A DNA stretch of 46,422 nt from Chiloscyllium plagiosum (Eukaryota). The stretch covers positions 17,545,843-17,592,264 of the forward strand of contig NC_057749.1 of NCBI RefSeq assembly GCF_004010195.1, read 5' to 3'. Each line of letters opens with the position of its first letter. Positions within the stretch are counted from its first letter, which is position 1. Below, piece after piece: positions 11,088-21,068 of the stretch. The position numbers and the translations under genes were made by a program. The notes under the pieces were generated by a model. The model had not been told where the DNA came from. It ran no database searches and saw nothing but the letters and a program-made list of their open reading frames with translations.

Positions 11088-12424
11088 CTTTGTGAGGGGC
11101 AGGTCATGCTGCACAAGCCTTCTTGAACTCTTTGAGGATGTGACAAAACACGTTGATGAACTTAGAGCAGTGGATGTGGTGTACATGGATATTTGCAAGG
11201 CATTTGATAAGGTTCCCCATGTTAGGATCATTCAGTAAGTAAGAACATGGAATACAGGGAAACCTGGCTGTCAGGATGTTTGACAGTGTGGAGGAACAGA
11301 GGGATCTTGGAGTCCACTTCCATAGATCCCTTAAAGTTGCCACCCAAGTTGATAGGGTTGTTAAGAAGGCGTATGGTGTGTTGGCTTTTATTAGCAGGGG
11401 GATTGAGTTTAAGAGCTGTGAAGTTATTCTGCAGCTCTATAGAGCCCTGGTTAGACCACACTTAGAATATTGCGTTCAGTTCTGGTCACCTCATTATAGG
11501 AAGGATGTGGAAGTTGTAGAGGGGGTGCAGAGGAGATTTCCCAGGATGCTGCCCAGACTGTCTTATGAAGAAAGATTAAGGGAGCTAGGGCTTTTCTCAT
11601 TGAAACAAAAAAAGGATGAGAAGTGACTTGATAGAGGTGTACATGATGATGAGAAGCATTGATAGAGTGGATAGCCAGAGACGTTTTCCCCAGGGCAGAA
11701 ATGGCTATTGTGAGGGGGCATAATTTTAAGGTGATTGGAGGAAGATTTAGGGGAGATGTCAGAGGGAGGTTCTTTACACAGAGAGTGATGAGTGTGTGGA
11801 ATGCACTGTCAGCAGTGGTAGTAGAGTCAGATACATTCAGGACATCTAAGTGACTCTTGGATAGGCACATGGTAGATAGTACAATGAAGGGTATGTAAGT
11901 TAGTCTGATCTTAGAGTAGGATAAAAGCCCAGCACAATATCGAGGGCTGAAGGGCCTGTATTGTACTGTTCTATGTTCTATGTTCCACACTATGCACACA
12001 GAGCCTGGCTTTGAACTGGGCAGTTGGTGGCTTCATTAAAACTGCAGCAAGGTAGACAGTGGCTAGGAAAGGGTTACGTTACTTTAGTGTCATTGGCTCC
12101 TGAATAGGCTAATGTGTTTATGAGAAGTGAGTACTTATTGCCTGCAGTAACACTGTACTGAGATCAGCAAAAGGGACACGTTAATGTAGTGGCTTTGACA
12201 GATAGCACTGTGTGCCCCGAGGATGAGGACTGTACAATATGATAGATTTGATTCAATAATTTCCCACAACTTCATCTCCCACACCATGCACTGGCTAGTA
12301 TCGTTTTACAAGACACTTCCCTTTCCAGACTTCAGATTTCTTATTGTAAATAACATGAAATGAAGTTTGCAGCAAATTCTTTCCTTTGGCAAATACAGCA
12401 AGAATGCATTGCTTGCTTACTCAT

Positions 12425-12500
12425 CTGTGTCTGTCTGTGTCTTCGTTAGTGTGTGTGTGTGTGACTGTGTGTGTCTGTGTGCGTGTGTATGCATGCATGC
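12425..12500. repeat. Degenerate (TG)n microsatellite
   Basis: Direct inspection. Confidence 0.85.
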
Positions 12501-13321
12501 ATCTGGCTGTCTGTGATTAAACCCTCTTCTCATTTATGTCCATACTTCCATCTGACCCAACAGTGTGGATGGTGGCTGTGTGCACATCTGATTCACTCTC
12601 CCTTCGATCTCTCCATGGTCTAGCTAGTCCCTGTCCATGCTTTAATGGTAACCCCTGTTTATCTGTGAATTCCAAGACCATTTTCTATCATTTGGTCTGG
12701 TGAGTGCTGGTAGGATCAAAATTGCTTTGGAGTATGCCAGCAGATGAGCTAATGTTTTAGATGCTGCTACTTTTTCCAAGGTCTGGACAGGGGAACATTA
12801 ACTGACATGTCCTGAAAAGTAATGGACCAGAGAGCCAGCTTAATGGACCCATTATTTCCTCTGCTTCATTCCAGCACTGACTTAACTTCACAAATACTTA
12901 GTTAGCGATGAAGCACTTTGGCACATCCTGGGAACATGAAGAGCACTGGGTAAATGTACATTTTTTCTTTTTTTTATTGTTTCCAAGAAATAGTCACCAA
13001 AAGGACGCAAATGTGAAGGTGAAGTTGCCATAGTCCCAGAGGAGTATCAGGCCACTCTCTGACTAGAGAGCGAGGGATGACTGGAGGTGGTTTAAGCTGT
13101 GAGTCACCACCTCAGGGTGAGATTGGGAAGGAGAGTCCTTCATGGTAACCCCACATGGTGTGGGATGTGGGGAATCAGCCGCCTGGTGGTATTGTCACTC
13201 GGGCTGGTTTTAGAGTCTGAGGCAGATTCTCTGGGATCATAGGTTTGAATCCCACCGTGGCAGATGGTGAAATTTGAAATCAATAGAACTCTGCAGTTAA
13301 AAAGCTGGCCCAGTGATTGTC

Positions 13322-14180
13322 ATGATTTGAGATGCCGGTGTTGGACTGGGGTGTACAAAGTTAAAAATCACACAACACCAGGTTATATTCCAACAGGTTT
13401 ATTTGGAAGCACTGGCTTTTGGAGCGCTGCTCCTTCATCAGGTGGTTGTGGAGTATAAGATTGTAAGACACAGAGTTTATAGCAAAAGTTTGTGGGCGCC
13501 ACGGTGGCACAGTGGTTAGCACTGCTGTCTCACAGCGTCTGAGACCCGGGTTCAATTCCTGCCTCAGGCGACTGACTGTGTGGAGTTTGCACGTTCTCCC
13601 TGTGTCTGCGTGGGTTTGCTCCGGTTTCCTCCCACAGTCCAAAGATGTGCAGGTTAGGTGAATTGGCCATGCTAAATTGCCCGTAGTATTAGGTAAGGGG
13701 TAAATGTTGGGGCATGGGTGGGTGGTGGGTCGGTGTGGACTTGTTGGGCTGAAGGGCCTGTTTCCACGCTGTAATGTAATCTAATCTAATTTACAGTCTG
13801 ATGTAACTGAAATTATATATTGAAAAAGACCTGGATTGTTTGTTACGTCTCTCATCTTTTAGAGTGACCATGTCAGGTTCAAGTGTCCTCCCCCACCCCA
13901 CCACACACACCCACGTGCACACATACATATATAAGTTTATGGGGGTGAATCTGTTATGCAGAATTACATTTTACTTTGCTCAAAAACTGCATGAATCCAT
14001 GTAAGATTCTGTAAATCCATTTTTTTGATTAGAATCAGTCTGACCATTGTGGCACAGACAGTCTCACACAGGGAAGCTCACACCTTCAATACATTATCTG
14101 GGCCAAAATGACACCAATTGTTAAAATTCACTTGAGAATGTAACTTCAAAAAAGTTTTGGGATTTACATGTGAAAGAATC
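13322..14180 (-). mobile_element. Penelope-like element 3' region with pLTR and hammerhead motif (AGCU family)
   Basis: 13322-13445 is the reverse complement of 20210-20332; minus-strand CTGATGA-aggagcagcgctcc-aaaagcca; continues after the HE1 insert. Confidence 0.75.
13494..13790 (+). mobile_element. HE1-type V-SINE
   Basis: tRNA-like head (ggtggcacagtggttagc..gggttcaattcc), V-domain tgtgtggagtttgcacgttctccc, CR1-like tail, (taatc)n end. Confidence 0.93.
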
Positions 14181-14554
14181 CTTCAGGGAAGGAAATCTGC
14201 CATCCTTACCCAGTCAGTCCCACATAGAACTCCAGACCCACAGCAACCTGGTTGACTCTTAACTGCCTTCAGGTCAGTTAGTGACCGACAATAAAGGCTG
14301 ACCCAGCCAGAGACATACCCTTTTCTATAAGCGAACAAAAACAATTGAACCCATGCATCGCAAACCAGCTGTCCAGCCAACTGAGCTAAAGGAGAGGAGA
14401 TTAAACCCAAAGCAATTTCAAACTGGACAGTTAGAAATGGATGTCAATTTCTGCATTAAAGCTGCAAGGAAGCTGAGGAGAGTCTGAGTGGACGTTGGGA
14501 AGTCTTTCTTAGAATGAGGGTGGGTCTACAACACTGGAGAATGTTACGCCCTAA

Positions 14555-14735
14555 AAAGAAACGAAGAACTGTGGATACTGGAGATCGAACCGAAAAAAAA
14601 ATTACTGGAGAAACTCAGCAGGTCAGGCAACATCTATGGGCAGAAAGCAGAGTTAATGTTTTGAGTGCAGCGACTCTTCTCCCCACAGATGCTGCCAGAC
14701 CTGCTGAGTTTCATCAGTAATTTCTGCTTTTGTTG
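14555..14735. mobile_element. Fold-back Penelope-derived element
   Basis: aaattactggagaaactcagcaggtcaggcaacatctatggg mirrored by cccacagatgctgccagacctgctgagtttcatcagtaattt; same family as 7527-7707. Confidence 0.75.
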
Positions 14736-14919
14736 TAAATGTAAGGGGTCAAATTTGAAAAAGATACAAAATATACAAAAGACCAGAAACTAGGTATGAG
14801 AGACAGGTGCTTCTAAAGGAAATGAGAAACATGTTGTGACAGGAGTGGACAGAAAGTACAAATGTAAGAGTGAATCAACAGGAAAGGCAAGAGATTTCAA
14901 CCTTAATAAAAGGACAGAA

Positions 14920-17220
14920 CTAAAGGACTGATTCTAAACTGAATGCAGATTGAATTTGAAACAAAACTGACTGGGTGATGGAACAAACAGAAAGAAAGAG
15001 GATCTGAGATCCATTTCAGAGACATAGCTGCAGACTGTTGGGACTTGGATATTGAAGGGTCTGTGACATTCAGGGGGCATGTAAACAGGAGGAAGTGGAC
15101 AGTATCTCTATTAGTATATTTATTTATTATTTATTTATTTGATTTTATTGTTGTCACGTGTACCTGAGTACAGTGAAAAGTTCTGTTTTGTGAGCAGAAC
15201 AGACAGATCATAGCAAACAAGGACACACAGATCAGAGTGTGGAGTACAGGGTTATCGCTGCACAGGAGGGGCACAAAGCAAGATCACCATTAGCTTGAAG
15301 TTAGAGAGGGTCATTCAGCAGTCCAGTAACTGTGGGAAAGGTGTTTGTGAACCGATAGGTAGGTACGTTGAAGGTCCTGTATCTTTGACCTGACAGAAGA
15401 CGTTGTAGGACAGCATTACTGGGGTTGGAGGGGTCTTTTTCTTTGATGTTTGCAGCCTTTCTGTGGCAATGAGCTGTGCAAATGGAGTCCATGGATGGGA
15501 GGTTGGCTTCTGTGATGGTCTGGGCTGAGCACACCACCCTCTGTAGTTTCTTATAGTCCTGGGCAAAGCAGCTGCTGTACCAGGCCATAATGCACCGGGT
15601 AGAATGTTTTCTGTGGTGCATCTGTACAAGTCAGTGAGGATCCTTATGGGCATGATGACATTAATGAAGATGATTATTAATGATGACATTAGCACAATAG
15701 AAAGGGATGACCAACATTTAGGAAATCGGAATGTACAAAAGGTTTTGTTACAGATGAGAAATTACATGTTAAGGAATCACTTGTCAGTGTGGTGTACAGG
15801 CTCCTATGTATGGACAGAGTATAAAGAAGAAATGATGGCAGCTTTTAGGGTAAGTAGGATGATAATGGTGGGGATTTTAATGTAGATCTAGACTGGAATA
15901 ATCAGATGGACCTAGATACGTTGTCATAGAATGTTTTAGGGATAGTTTCTTAGAACAGCCCATTCCAGAGCCAATCAGAGGACAGGCAATTCTGGATCTG
16001 GTATTGGGCAATGAGGAAAAATTAATTCTGATCACTTAGTGAAGGACCCCTCGATAGCATTGATCATGAAATGATTGAATCTTATATTCGGTTTGAAGAA
16101 AAGAACAGAGAGTTCAACACTGATATTTTAAACTTACTTACGTTATATGGACATGAGAGCTGTGCAGGTTAAATTGAATGGGAAAATGAGGTTAAGGGAT
16201 AAGTCAATAGAGATTTAAAATGCAGACATTTAACAGGATAGTTCACAATACACAAAATAGATACATTCCAACAAGAAAGAAAAATTCCAAGGAGTGGACA
16301 TTCCATCTGCAGATATCTAGAAAAGTTAAAGCTAATATCAAGTTTAAATAAAAACATACAATTGCACAGATATGTGGCAGATCAGAAAATTGGTCTTAAT
16401 GTGAAAAAAACAATGAATGACTTTATAGTAAGGAATGAAAAATTTGAGTACAAGAGAAAACTATCTGGAAATATATAAGCACAGGGTATATAGATATTTT
16501 ACAGAGTATGAACAAATGATCATTGTCCAACAGAAAGTGAGACTCGAGAATAAGGAGATGGCTGATGGATTGAACTGGCATTGCTTTCTCAGAGAGTCAT
16601 GAATCTTTGGAATTATCTTCCTCAAAAGGCAGTGCAAGCAGATCTTTGAATATTTTTAAGGCAGAGGCAGATAAATGTTTGATAAACGAAAAGATAAAAG
16701 GTTATCTGCGGTAGGTAGGAATGTGGACTATTCAGATCAGTCATGATCCTATTGAATGGCAGAGCAGGCTCGAGGGGCCGAATGGCCTACTCCTAATTTG
16801 TATGTATGCGTGACCCTTTGTTCTTCCTGATATATGTCAATGAAGTAGACCTCAGTGTACATGGCACAATTCCAAAATTTGCAGAAAATCAGAAACGGAG
16901 TTGTGAACTGTGAGAAGGATAATGTTGACTGTTTAAAGGACACAGACAAGTGGCAGATGAAGTTCAATAAGGAGCAATAGAGAGGTTCACTTGAGGAGGA
17001 AGAATGTGGAGATGAAATGTAAAATCTATCTCTGAAAGAGGTGCAGGATCTGAGGGACCTGGGTGTATGTTCATAAGTTGATGAAGTGGCAGATTGTGAG
17101 AACAGTTAATAAAGCAAACAACATCCTAGATTTCATTAAAATAAGGTCATAGAGTACAAGATCAATGGTGTTGTGTGAAACTTACAAAAAGGTATTACTT
17201 CAGACTCAACTGGATGGCCA
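14920..17220 (+). mobile_element. Old, heavily decayed CR1 (endonuclease and RT remnants, with a CR1 3' end inserted at about 16580-16810)
   Basis: Remnants of MVGDFN (15865), AILDLVLGN (15985), KWQMKFN (16950), RDLGV (17053). Confidence 0.7.
15117..15655 (-). mobile_element. Rex1/Babar-like LINE 3' end
   Basis: LTDLYRCTTENIL..CIMAWYSSCFAQDYKKLQRVV..KAANI..DPSNP..LLSGQRYR, typical of the Rex1-type ORF C-terminus; (aaat)n tail at 15117-15150. Confidence 0.8.
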
Positions 17221-17241
17221 CAGAAAACTCCTGAACTACCT

Positions 17242-17484
17242 AAGCAAAAGTGAGGACTGCAGATGCTGGAAACCAGAGTTTAGATCAGAGTGGTGCTGGA
17301 AAAGCACAGCAGGTCAGGCAGCATCCGAGGAGCAGGAAAATCGATGTTTCGGGCAAAAGGCCTTCATCAGAAATAGAGGCAGGGAGCCTCTCTGATGAAG
17401 GCCTTTTGCCCGAAACAGCAATTTTCCTGCTCCTCGGATGCTGCCTGACTTGCTGTGCTTTTCCAGCACCACACTGATCTAAAT
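17242..17484. mobile_element. Fold-back Penelope-derived mini-element with two opposed hammerhead motifs
   Basis: Arms about 17278-17371 / 17391-17483; cores at 17392-17415 (+) and 17370-17345 (-); 13-bp TSD tcctg(a/c)actacct at 17229-17241 / 17485-17497. Confidence 0.92.
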
Positions 17485-17499
17485 TCCTGCACTACCTGC

Positions 17500-17970
17500 C
17501 TATCTCACTTACCTTTCCTGGAGTTAACCCATCTATGTGACTGTATCTACGATTTTCCCCCCTTCCTATAACTGCCATCCATCACATCCCCTTGCTCTTG
17601 TAAATTCCTCATTGCCTCTGTCTCTCTACCAGATCCATTTGATCTGATAGGATTTGCAACCAACGGCATTTATTGCAGATATAATCCTCAGTAACACGTA
17701 ACCTCTCACTAAACTCCCACATCTGACAAGAAGAGCATATCACTCAACTAAAGGCCATTTTTGCTCGTTCACAATCTACAGACCCAGAAAATTGCACTGT
17801 CTTATTCCTCTACAAAACACTGCCCCAGGTTAAATTAATCGTTATGGCTTGTATTTTAAGTTTAATTAGAGACATATTTCAATAAAACATATAATCAAGA
17901 AAGAACCCACTTTACCCACTACTGCAGACTTACTGTACTTAAATATTCACTTCACTGTTTCTGTACTGTG
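17500..17970 (-). mobile_element. CR1 5' region with ORF1 N-terminal zinc-finger/leucine-zipper remnant
   Basis: Minus translation from ATG at 17758: MAFS*VICSSCQMWEFSERLRVTEDYICNKCRWLQILSDQMDLVERQ (CxxC..CxxC followed by heptad-like residues). Confidence 0.7.
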
Positions 17971-18344
17971 CCCTCTCAGTGTACATGACACAATTCCAAA
18001 ATTTGCAGAATATCAGAAATGGAGTTGCATTGTGAATTGTGAGAAGGATAATGTTGACTGTTTAAAGGACACAGACATGTTGATGGAATGGGCAGACACG
18101 TGGCAGATGAAACTGACAGACCTGAATCGAACTGAGAGTTTCGAATACTTTATACTATAGAGTACAACAGGAAACTGGGATTGAGTTACAGACTCAAATT
18201 CAACCTCTGGTTGCTATCTACTGACCCCTGCTGGAAAGTGAAAAGGTTCTATCATCAAACAATCTCATTCCTCAGATGCAGTGTTCACGAGGATGATCTA
18301 TGGGATAGGGGGATTGTCACGAGCAAAGGTTAAACAGGTTAAGA

Positions 18345-18770
18345 TTCTACTCCCCTGGAGTTTAGAAGAATGAGAGGTGATCTCATTAAAACATTTCAGA
18401 TTCTTAAGGAGCTCGACAAGGTCAATGCTGAGAGGGTGCTCCCCCTCAGGGGAGAGTCTTGGACCAGAGGGTGCAGTCTCAGAATAAAGGGACACCAATT
18501 TCAGATGGAGAGGAGAAGGAATTTCTTCTCTCAGAGGGTTATGTGCCTTTGGAACTCCTTACCACAGAGAGAGTGTTGGGAGAGGAGTTCTTGTGCATAT
18601 TTGTGGCTGAGATAGAGAGACTCTTGATCAGTTGAGGAATTGAAGGTTATGGGAAAAGGGCACGATTGTGAATGTGAGGAATGTCAGATCAGCCAGGATC
18701 CCATTGAATAGGGAGCAGGTTTGATGGGCCAAGTGGCCTACCCCTGTTCCTGTTTCTGATGGTCTTGTGG
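18345..18770 (+). mobile_element. CR1 3' end
   Basis: MRGDLIKTFQILKELDKV..RRNFFSQRVMCLWNSLPQ plus tail. Confidence 0.88.
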
Positions 18771-20118
18771 AAGAAAGAATGAGCTCATTGTCCACCTGCT
18801 GAACTTCCCCTGAGGTTGGAAACTCTTGGTGTGGCTGGTGCTCATTTGAATCTCAGCAAGTTGTCTGTGTGCTTGGAGCAAGCCAGGGAGATGCTGGGCA
18901 CTAACTGTATTCTGGCTGGTTAGTGTCAGTAAAAACTGGGGGAGAGGTCACTGCAGGCTCAGTAACAAGGCAAGAGATTTCTGCTGACATCAGGTGACTC
19001 AGTGTGGGAAATACATACCCAGAACCTTTTTTGGTAGCAGCATTTGAAATCTTTGGAATTCTCTGCCTCATACATACATAGTCATTACATATATTCAATA
19101 CTGGGATTGATAGATCCTTAGGTCTTGGGTAGAAGCATGAGGTTAAGATGGAAGATGTGCAGCTGCTTGACATCCTCTTGCTCTCATTGCAAACATTCTG
19201 AGGTTTTACATGGAGCTGAATTGGGCAAGACTTGGCTACGCACTTGCAGTGTATTGGATGATGGGAATGAATGAGACTTCTGCCTCTTCTGGGTGTCAAT
19301 ATTGTCCTACTGTTGCCCAGCTACTGGTAACTATTGAACTATCATTTTCATCTCAAAGCACCGGAGGGGGCCGAATGGCCTGCTTCCACACTGTAGGGAT
19401 TCTATGATTCTATGATGATAACTTGAGACAAAAAAAGGCCCAAATATGGGAGTGCAGGACTGGAGACATGCAGGAGGGAGGATCATGTTTTTGACTGCTC
19501 TCCCCACCAACGGATATAATGTACAATTCTCACTGCTGAGCAGATACAGAAACACAATTACTTGACTCCAAAGGTTGTCTGGCCTTTCTGGAATCACAGT
19601 CGACATGTTTGAAAAAGAGGAGGTTCATATTGAAGACATTCTCTGTATTCTCTATGATGCAGAAAGTAATGTTTTAAAATCAATTTCAGGCAGAGCTCAA
19701 ACACTGACAGGGAGTGGGAGCTGCACACAGATTTCGGAGTCCTCCTCCATGTCTCCACATCTCGTTGAGAGACTGGAGCCTGTCTTTAATCACCAGCCAA
19801 TGTGCCAGGCAACATCAAATTGAGAATTTCACACTGTCTTGAATTGTGGATTGTAAATAAAAACAGTGGTATTGATTCACAAACCTTCTACACCAAGAAC
19901 ATATTTACACTTGGGAATAGCTGAGCTGCTTCTCCAGAGTCTTTCAGTTTTTTTATACAATGTCCAACCCTGTGAAAACCCACTTGTTCTTTGGAACATT
20001 TAAAATGTCTATTTCAGAATTGGTGTTTCCCCTCATTTTGTGCTCATTGAAGTGAGAGATGTTGGTGTTGGGGAGGAGAACAGTCTCTCTCACACAAACA
20101 CCGTGCTTCAGTGATAAC

Positions 20119-20329
20119 AGTTAAAAATCACACAACACCAGGTTATCGTCCAACCGTTTATTTGGAAGCACAAACTTTCAGAACGCTGCTCCTTTATCAG
20201 GTGATTGATCACCTGATGAAGGAGCGTTGCTCCGAAAGCTAGTGCTTCTAAATAAACCTGTTGGACTATAACCTGGTGTTGTGTGATTTTTAACTTTGTA
20301 CACCCCAGTCCAACACTGGCGTCTCCAAG
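20119..20329. mobile_element. Fold-back Penelope-derived mini-element (AGCU family)
   Basis: Inverted arms 20119-20205 / 20208-20295 with a 2-nt loop; TSD tcagtgataac at 20108-20118 / 20330-20340. Confidence 0.92.
20210..20244 (+). ncRNA. Minimal hammerhead ribozyme motif
   Basis: CAC-CUGAUGA-A-GGAGC guu GCUCC-GAAA-GCUA-GUG: stem I CAC/GUG, stem II GGAGC/GCUCC, palindromic AGCU in place of stem III, predicted cleavage after CUA (20241). Confidence 0.8.
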
Positions 20330-20368
20330 TCAGTGATAACGGTTGCAGTGAGATATAGAAATGGTCAA

Positions 20369-20679
20369 ATACACAGTAAAGCTCCCTCTACATTCTCCCC
20401 TATCAAACACTCCCAGGACAGGGAGAGCACGGGGTTAGATACAGAGTAAAGCTCTCTCTACACTGTCCTCCATCAAACACTCCCAGGACAGGGACAGCAT
20501 GGGGTTAGATACAGAGTAAAGCTCATTCTACACTGTCCCCCATCAAACCCTCCCAGGACAGGTACAGCATGGGGTTAGATACAGAGTAAAGCTCCCTCTA
20601 CACTGTCCCCCATCAAACACTCCCAGGACAGGGACATCACAGGGTTACATACAGAGTAAAGCTCCCTCTACACTGTCCC
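20369..20679. repeat. 70-bp minisatellite, about 4.4 copies
   Basis: aca(c/g)agtaaagct recurs at 20371, 20441, 20511, 20581 and 20651. Confidence 0.97.
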
Positions 20680-21068
20680 TATTAATGTGTCCCAGAACTG
20701 TAGATTAACTCCCTCCAATATATCTGGATGCTTTTTCTGTTTGCAGTATTTATGTAGGGGAGTCCTTTTATTAATTTTTGAATGTCACTGTCAATGGACT
20801 AATCTTTCACTGAAGAGTGACTATTGTGCTCAAACTGTGTCTACTTGCTGTTTTCAGGAGGAGTTACTGAATAGCGGATTGTCAGGAGCCCTGGCTGTTA
20901 TTTCAAACAGTTTCTGTAATCCCGACTGAGAATGGACTCTTCAGCTCAGACACGGCACCACACCCGCACATTGCTGTTCTCTAAATCTGAGCAGCTGTTT
21001 GGGAAACGCTGCAGGACTCTGGGGAGGGGAGTGGACACTGTACTTTGGGAATATTTTCCAAAAGCAAG

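Larger units (their letters stand above)
8340..11987 (+). mobile_element. Long decayed CR1 LINE: ORF1 esterase remnant, ORF2 APE-RT, internal duplication and deletion, 3' tail
   Basis: ORF2 motifs [74 protein letters not shown] core deleted near 11270; tail ttctatgttctatgttc. Confidence 0.93.
13225..14330 (+). mobile_element. tRNA-derived SINE (13225-13320 plus 14181-14330) split by a Penelope insert
   Basis: B-box-like ggtttgaatcccacc; agggaaggaaatctgccatcctt..ctccagacccacagcaa..ggttgactcttaa matches the uninterrupted copy at 30265-30510. Confidence 0.75.
13015..14390 (-). mobile_element. tRNA-derived SINE split by nested insertions (body 13015-13170, head 14340-14390)
   Basis: Minus strand at 14390-14345 reads ttagctcagttggctgg (A box)...gggttcaatt (B box); 13015-13170 assigned as its body from recall of a shark SINE consensus. 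Confidence 0.5.

Noticed and set aside
8340..11987. Active, intact retrotransposon
   Set aside because: Stops, frameshifts, a PLE insertion and deletion of the RT catalytic core; no element in the window has an intact full ORF.
17250..17477. Recurrent short peptides (WCWKSTAGQAASEEQEN / AGKAQQVRQHPRS) as a protein family
   Set aside because: They are translations of the repeated non-coding pLTR in various frames and on both strands.
19575..19823. 82-aa ORF in unique sequence
   Set aside because: Non-ATG start, no recognisable motif and no convincing splice-site pair.
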